Below are positions 8,407-11,704 of a DNA stretch of 11,704 bases, piece after piece (positions within the stretch are counted from its first letter, which is position 1; each line of letters begins with the position of its first letter). This DNA is from a bacterium (GTDB lineage Bacteria; Acidobacteriota; Blastocatellia; HR10), in assembly GCA_041640655.1 (NCBI GenBank), contig JBEPZV010000066.1, positions 1 through 11,704 of the forward strand, given 5' to 3'. The translations under genes were made by a program, and so were the position numbers. The notes beneath the pieces were generated by a model. It made no database searches, was not told the DNA's origin, and saw only the letters and a list, made by a program, of their open reading frames with translations.

Positions 8407-9297
8407 CTAGCGCTCTTGATCCGTCTCCCTCAGGACGTAGCCGTAGATCTCCTCCAGACTGAGCGCCTCCACCTCGATCTCCACAAGCCCCGCCTCCCTC
8501 ACCCGATCTTCCATCCCCTCCTCCCACTGATCCGTCACCACCTGAACCCATCCTCTACCCTCCTCCTCCACAGCCACCCACTCCCGAAAATCGAGCCGAG
8601 GCTGCCCCACATATCGCCCCCGAATCCGACGCCAGTTTCGCCTCAGTCGCTCGCGACTCTCGATTCGCACCACCTCCCCCCGCCGCAAGAACACCACCCG
8701 ATCCGCCACACCCTCCACATCCGCTAAAATATGCGACGTCACTAAAACCCCGGCCCCCCACTCCCGCACAGCCATCCGCACCAGCTCCACACACTCCCGA
8801 CGCATCCCCGGATCCAACGCCGCCGTCGGCTCATCCAGCAGCAGCAAATCCCCCCTCGAGCTGAACGCCACCGTCAGCCCCAACTGCGCCCGCATCCCCT
8901 TGGACAACTCCCCCACCTTCTTCCTCTCATCCAGCCCAAATCGCCGCATCAACGCCTCAGCCCCCCTCCCATCCCACCTCGGATAGAACGCCGCACAAAA
9001 CCGCAACACATCCCTTACTCGTACTTGCCGAAACAACGGCGCCTCCTCCAGAAAAAATCCCATCCGCCGCTTGATCTCCACCTCGTGCCCCTCCAGATCC
9101 ATCCCCCAACACCGAATCCGACCCCCATCAGGCCTCACCAATCCCAGCACGCACCGCAACAACGTCGTCTTCCCCGAACCGTTCGGCCCCACCACCCCCA
9201 CCACCTCGCCCGAACGAACCCCCAAACTCGCCCGAAGCACAAAATCCCCATATCGCTTCTCCACCCTCTCCACCTCAAGCGCTACCCCGTCACACAT
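8407..9297 (-). CDS. ABC-2 type transporter ATP-binding protein
   Basis: Walker A GPNGSGKTT, signature variant LSKGM, Walker B LLLLDEP, H-loop TSH, C-terminal SLEEIY. ATG overlaps the upstream permease stop (ATGTGTGA). Confidence 0.95.
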   Translation of the reverse strand: MCDGVALEVERVEKRYGDFVLRASLGVRSGEVVGVVGPNGSGKTTLLRCVLGLVRPDGGRIRCWGMDLEGHEVEIKRRMGFFLEEAPLFRQVRVRDVLRFCAAFYPRWDGRGAEALMRRFGLDERKKVGELSKGMRAQLGLTVAFSSRGDLLLLDEPTAALDPGMRRECVELVRMAVREWGAGVLVTSHILADVEGVADRVVFLRRGEVVRIESRERLRRNWRRIRGRYVGQPRLDFREWVAVEEEGRGWVQVVTDQWEEGMEDRVREAGLVEIEVEALSLEEIYGYVLRETDQER

Positions 9298-9331
9298 ACG
9301 ATCCCTTCCGACGGAAGATCCAAACCCCTAC
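9254..9331. repeat. Diverged direct repeat (permease 3' end plus first 15 ATPase codons); second copy at about 10134-10211
   Basis: cgcttctccaccc...tcacacatacga...cttccg...gaagatc...cccta aligns without gaps at offset 880; encodes RKGSYV*/MCDGVALEVERVEKR versus RKRSYV*/MCEGMALEVEGVEKR. Confidence 0.88.
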
Positions 9332-10177
9332 ACAGAGAGTCAGAAGTGAAAGCCCCAAAAGAACCGCACCCACAAAAAACTGCCCTCTCACCGAAAAGAG
9401 GAAGGCCATGAGTTCCCACAAATGAGGTTCTAAAAGCGCCTGCACCTTCTCCTCGATGCGATCCGAGAGCAGGAGGAATCCCGGAAACTGCAGGCCTACA
9501 AATAGAGCCGCAATCATATAGCCGAGCACCGTCGGCGAATTCACGTTCATCGCGATCGTCAGCACAAGTGATGCGGACAACAAGGACATCACGAGGGTCA
9601 TCCACCCTACGGTGAAGGAGACAAGCGCCGAGGGAGCACCTTGCCCGATTAGGGTGAGCACAGCGACTGCAAATCCCGGCAAGGCTGAAACGAGAGAACC
9701 AATGACAGCAGCCAATACCGTTCCGAGAAAAAGAGCTTCCTTGCTGAGCGGGAGCACGCAAAGAAGCTGAAAAGATCCCTCCGCCTTCTCCCGGTGAATC
9801 ACGGCGGCCATTCCAAAGGGTACAATGATGGCCGCTCCCAGGGAAAAGACAGCCGCGAAGGAGAGCGAGAACCATGCCGACAAAGGCGGCTCCAACGTAA
9901 TGGAGAAAGCGAGCACACCCACCGCAAAGATGCTGAGGACTCCCAGGAGAACGAACATCATTCGCCGACACTGATGATCATCGAGAAGATAGTGCCTGAT
10001 GATTTCTTTCACCATCGGTGCCATGCACAGGTCCCCTATTTCGCCATAGAGCATACGACAAACGATCTCTCTGGGAAAGCCACTGAAACTCTGGCACAGC
10101 ACGTCCCGACGCCCACGAATGCCTCTCTCCTCCCGCTTCTCCACCCCCTCTACCTCCAATGCCATCCCTTCACACAT
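9290..10177 (-). CDS. ABC-2 type transporter permease, copy 2 (alternative start ATG 10024)
   Basis: About six hydrophobic segments; HREKAEGSFQLLCVLPLSKEALFLG matches the ABC-2 permease cytoplasmic loop motif; paralog of 10170-10931. The first 15 codons from 10177 copy the ATPase start; ATG 10024 has an AGGGG SD-like motif. Confidence 0.85.
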   Translation of the reverse strand: MCEGMALEVEGVEKREERGIRGRRDVLCQSFSGFPREIVCRMLYGEIGDLCMAPMVKEIIRHYLLDDHQCRRMMFVLLGVLSIFAVGVLAFSITLEPPLSAWFSLSFAAVFSLGAAIIVPFGMAAVIHREKAEGSFQLLCVLPLSKEALFLGTVLAAVIGSLVSALPGFAVAVLTLIGQGAPSALVSFTVGWMTLVMSLLSASLVLTIAMNVNSPTVLGYMIAALFVGLQFPGFLLLSDRIEEKVQALLEPHLWELMAFLFSVRGQFFVGAVLLGLSLLTLCVGVWIFRRKGSYV

Positions 10178-10931
10178 ACGACCTCTTCCGCGTGAAGATC
10201 TGAAGCCCTACAAACAGAATAAGAAGCGAAATCGCGAAGAGCATCGCCGCTGCCAGGAGTCGCCCTTCCACAGAAAGCGCAAGTTGAGTGAGTGCCTCAT
10301 CCAGAGGTGAAAGCACTCTCGCTTTGACGCGTTCTGGAAGGAGGGGTAAGATGGCTCCTGGGTATATCCCAAGAACGAGGAAGAAGATGACCACGTAACC
10401 GAGCACCGTCGGCGAATTCACGTTCATCGCGACGGTCATCATGAGCGAAGAGGACAAAAAGGACACCAGCAGGTTCGCCAACCCTAGGTAGGGTAAGAAG
10501 TTCCACTGCCCACCCCCTGCTGATAGAGTCAAGGCCAGGATCCCAATTACGTATCCCGGCAGAAACGCAATCACTGAACCTACAATCCCAGCCAGGACGG
10601 TTCCAAGGAAAAGCGTCCTCTTGGAGATCGGTAGCGCACAAAGGAACCCAAAGGAGCCTTCTGCCTTCTCTCGGTGAACGGACGCGGTTAGCATAAGAGG
10701 AGCGCCAAAACCGGTCCCGAGGCACGAACTGAACAACGTGATCCACAAAAACAGAGCCCCCCTTTCCCCTCGCCCGACAATGAGTGCAGTTGCGACGACG
10801 ACCATCAGGCTGAAGACACCTACTAGAGCCAATACGGATCTCCGACACGGGCGGTCGTCAAGCAGGTAGTGCTTGAGGATCTCTTTCGCAGCTCTGCCCC
10901 TGACAAACATCGCTAGCAGTATACATCTCAC
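10170..10931 (-). CDS. ABC-2 type transporter permease, copy 1 (likely start ATG 10910)
   Basis: About six hydrophobic segments; HREKAEGSFGFLCALPISKRTLFLG motif; shares HYLLDD..CRR and AMNVNSPTVLGY with the downstream permease. Confidence 0.87.
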   Translation of the reverse strand: MRCILLAMFVRGRAAKEILKHYLLDDRPCRRSVLALVGVFSLMVVVATALIVGRGERGALFLWITLFSSCLGTGFGAPLMLTASVHREKAEGSFGFLCALPISKRTLFLGTVLAGIVGSVIAFLPGYVIGILALTLSAGGGQWNFLPYLGLANLLVSFLSSSLMMTVAMNVNSPTVLGYVVIFFLVLGIYPGAILPLLPERVKARVLSPLDEALTQLALSVEGRLLAAAMLFAISLLILFVGLQIFTRKRSYV

Positions 10932-10946
10932 AGCCCGCCTGGTGAA
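10918..10946 (-). promoter_or_regulatory. Possible sigma70 promoter giving a leaderless permease mRNA
   Basis: TTCACC (10941-10946)-17 nt-TATACT (10918-10923)-7 nt-ATG (10910, in frame); no clear SD before that ATG. Confidence 0.35.
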
Positions 10947-10968
10947 AGATCAGGCCAACCGGCGTCAA

Positions 10969-11704
10969 TCAAGAGAGACACTCATCGCATGCAAGGACTA
11001 ACGAAATAGCGGCAATCCGGGACCCAACCAATGCCAGAACACAGCCTACGCCAAGAGTGGCACCACAACTAAAAAATAGACTGGCAACGCTTACTCCGTA
11101 ACCGGCGGCGGCAAGTCCGCATTCGAGCCACGAGCAGCCTGCTGCCATGACCTCCGGTAGGAATAAAGAGGCACTGCTGACAGGCCCTTGAGGAAGAGCA
11201 GCTTTCGCCGTTTGGACGAACCTCTGGGCCTCGCGAATCAGAGGAGCCATTCGACCCCTTTGCAACCCTTCAATGATGTGAAGGAGCCGAGGGAAATCCC
11301 TTTCAAGCTGTACTTCGCTGTCACTGATTGTTACCTCCTCGGGACCAAAGCCGATGGAGCTGAGTTGGAAGTAAGTGCATCCACCCAAATCGTGACCCGA
11401 TAGGCGGAGGGTGAAACGCTCCAGGCTGTGGCGCAGCTCAAGGACGCCGCCCGTCCGTCTCAATTCCGCGTGAAAGTCAAGCTCACCCTGTTCGCTATGG
11501 CGGTAGGACGCCATCACCTCCACACCTCCCTGGATCGGCTCTGCGACAATATCCATCACTTCCCAAGCCCCATTCTGCGATCGGAACAGGCGCACCGCCT
11601 TCTCCCCCATCGGGGTGACCGACACCTGCCCAGGCTGAGGCCGGCTTGACCGGGCCGACGGACCCCACAGGACAGACGAGGCCGCCAGGACCATCCCGAT
11701 GGCC
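10969..11704 (-). CDS. Secreted precursor-like protein with C-terminal 55-aa hydrophobic six-Cys hairpin (bacteriocin-like); 5' end outside window
   Basis: Frame open to the window edge (AIGMVLAASSVLWGPSA = signal peptide h/c region, homologous to the 6041 ORF). Beta-rich then helical middle domain, Pro/Ser linker, then AAG-CSWLECGLAAAGYGVSVASLFFSCGATLGVGCVLALVGSRIAAISLVLACDECLS. Confidence 0.8.
   Translation of the reverse strand, partial: AIGMVLAASSVLWGPSARSSRPQPGQVSVTPMGEKAVRLFRSQNGAWEVMDIVAEPIQGGVEVMASYRHSEQGELDFHAELRRTGGVLELRHSLERFTLRLSGHDLGGCTYFQLSSIGFGPEEVTISDSEVQLERDFPRLLHIIEGLQRGRMAPLIREAQRFVQTAKAALPQGPVSSASLFLPEVMAAGCSWLECGLAAAGYGVSVASLFFSCGATLGVGCVLALVGSRIAAISLVLACDECLS

Noticed and set aside
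8311..9411. Pro/His-rich plus-strand ORFs (8311-8727, 9025-9411) and Gly-rich alternative-frame ORFs
   Set aside because: By-products of the extreme C/G skew of the ABC ATPase gene.
9282..9971. 229-aa Cys-containing minus-strand ORF
   Set aside because: Alternative frame inside permease 2; Cys arise from shifted Val/Leu/Ala codons. The same applies to 10297-10848.
1..11704. CRISPR array, IS element, RiPP-modifying enzyme or GntR regulator
   Set aside because: No regularly spaced repeats, transposase, radical SAM/LanM/YcaO/glycosyltransferase or HTH regulator ORF recognised in the window.

Overview
High-GC bacterial DNA, probably Acidobacteriota (inferred from an acidobacterial-type VWA protein). 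Left part (1-4162, + strand): a Bacillus-type fatty-acid beta-oxidation operon, fadN (5'-truncated by the window) - fadA - fadE. It converges on a minus-strand tRNA-Asn(GTT) that has its own sigma70 promoter. Right part (4591-11704, all minus strand, visibly less GC-rich): an accessory locus. In transcription order it holds a secreted protein ending in a 55-aa hydrophobic hairpin with six nested Cys; two tandem-duplicated ABC-2 permeases and an extremely G-skewed ABC ATPase; a second protein ending in QGG plus a six-Cys peptide; a VWA protein that has lost its MIDAS motif; a third, apparently frameshifted Cys-rich secreted peptide that shares its signal-peptide DNA with the first and sits behind a sigma54-like promoter; and a secreted beta-propeller-like protein. 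Best candidate for an undescribed system: a modular family of secreted precursors with variable disulfide-rich C-terminal peptides (bacteriocin- or signal-like) plus ABC-2 transporter and surface partners. This function is inferred, not demonstrated.
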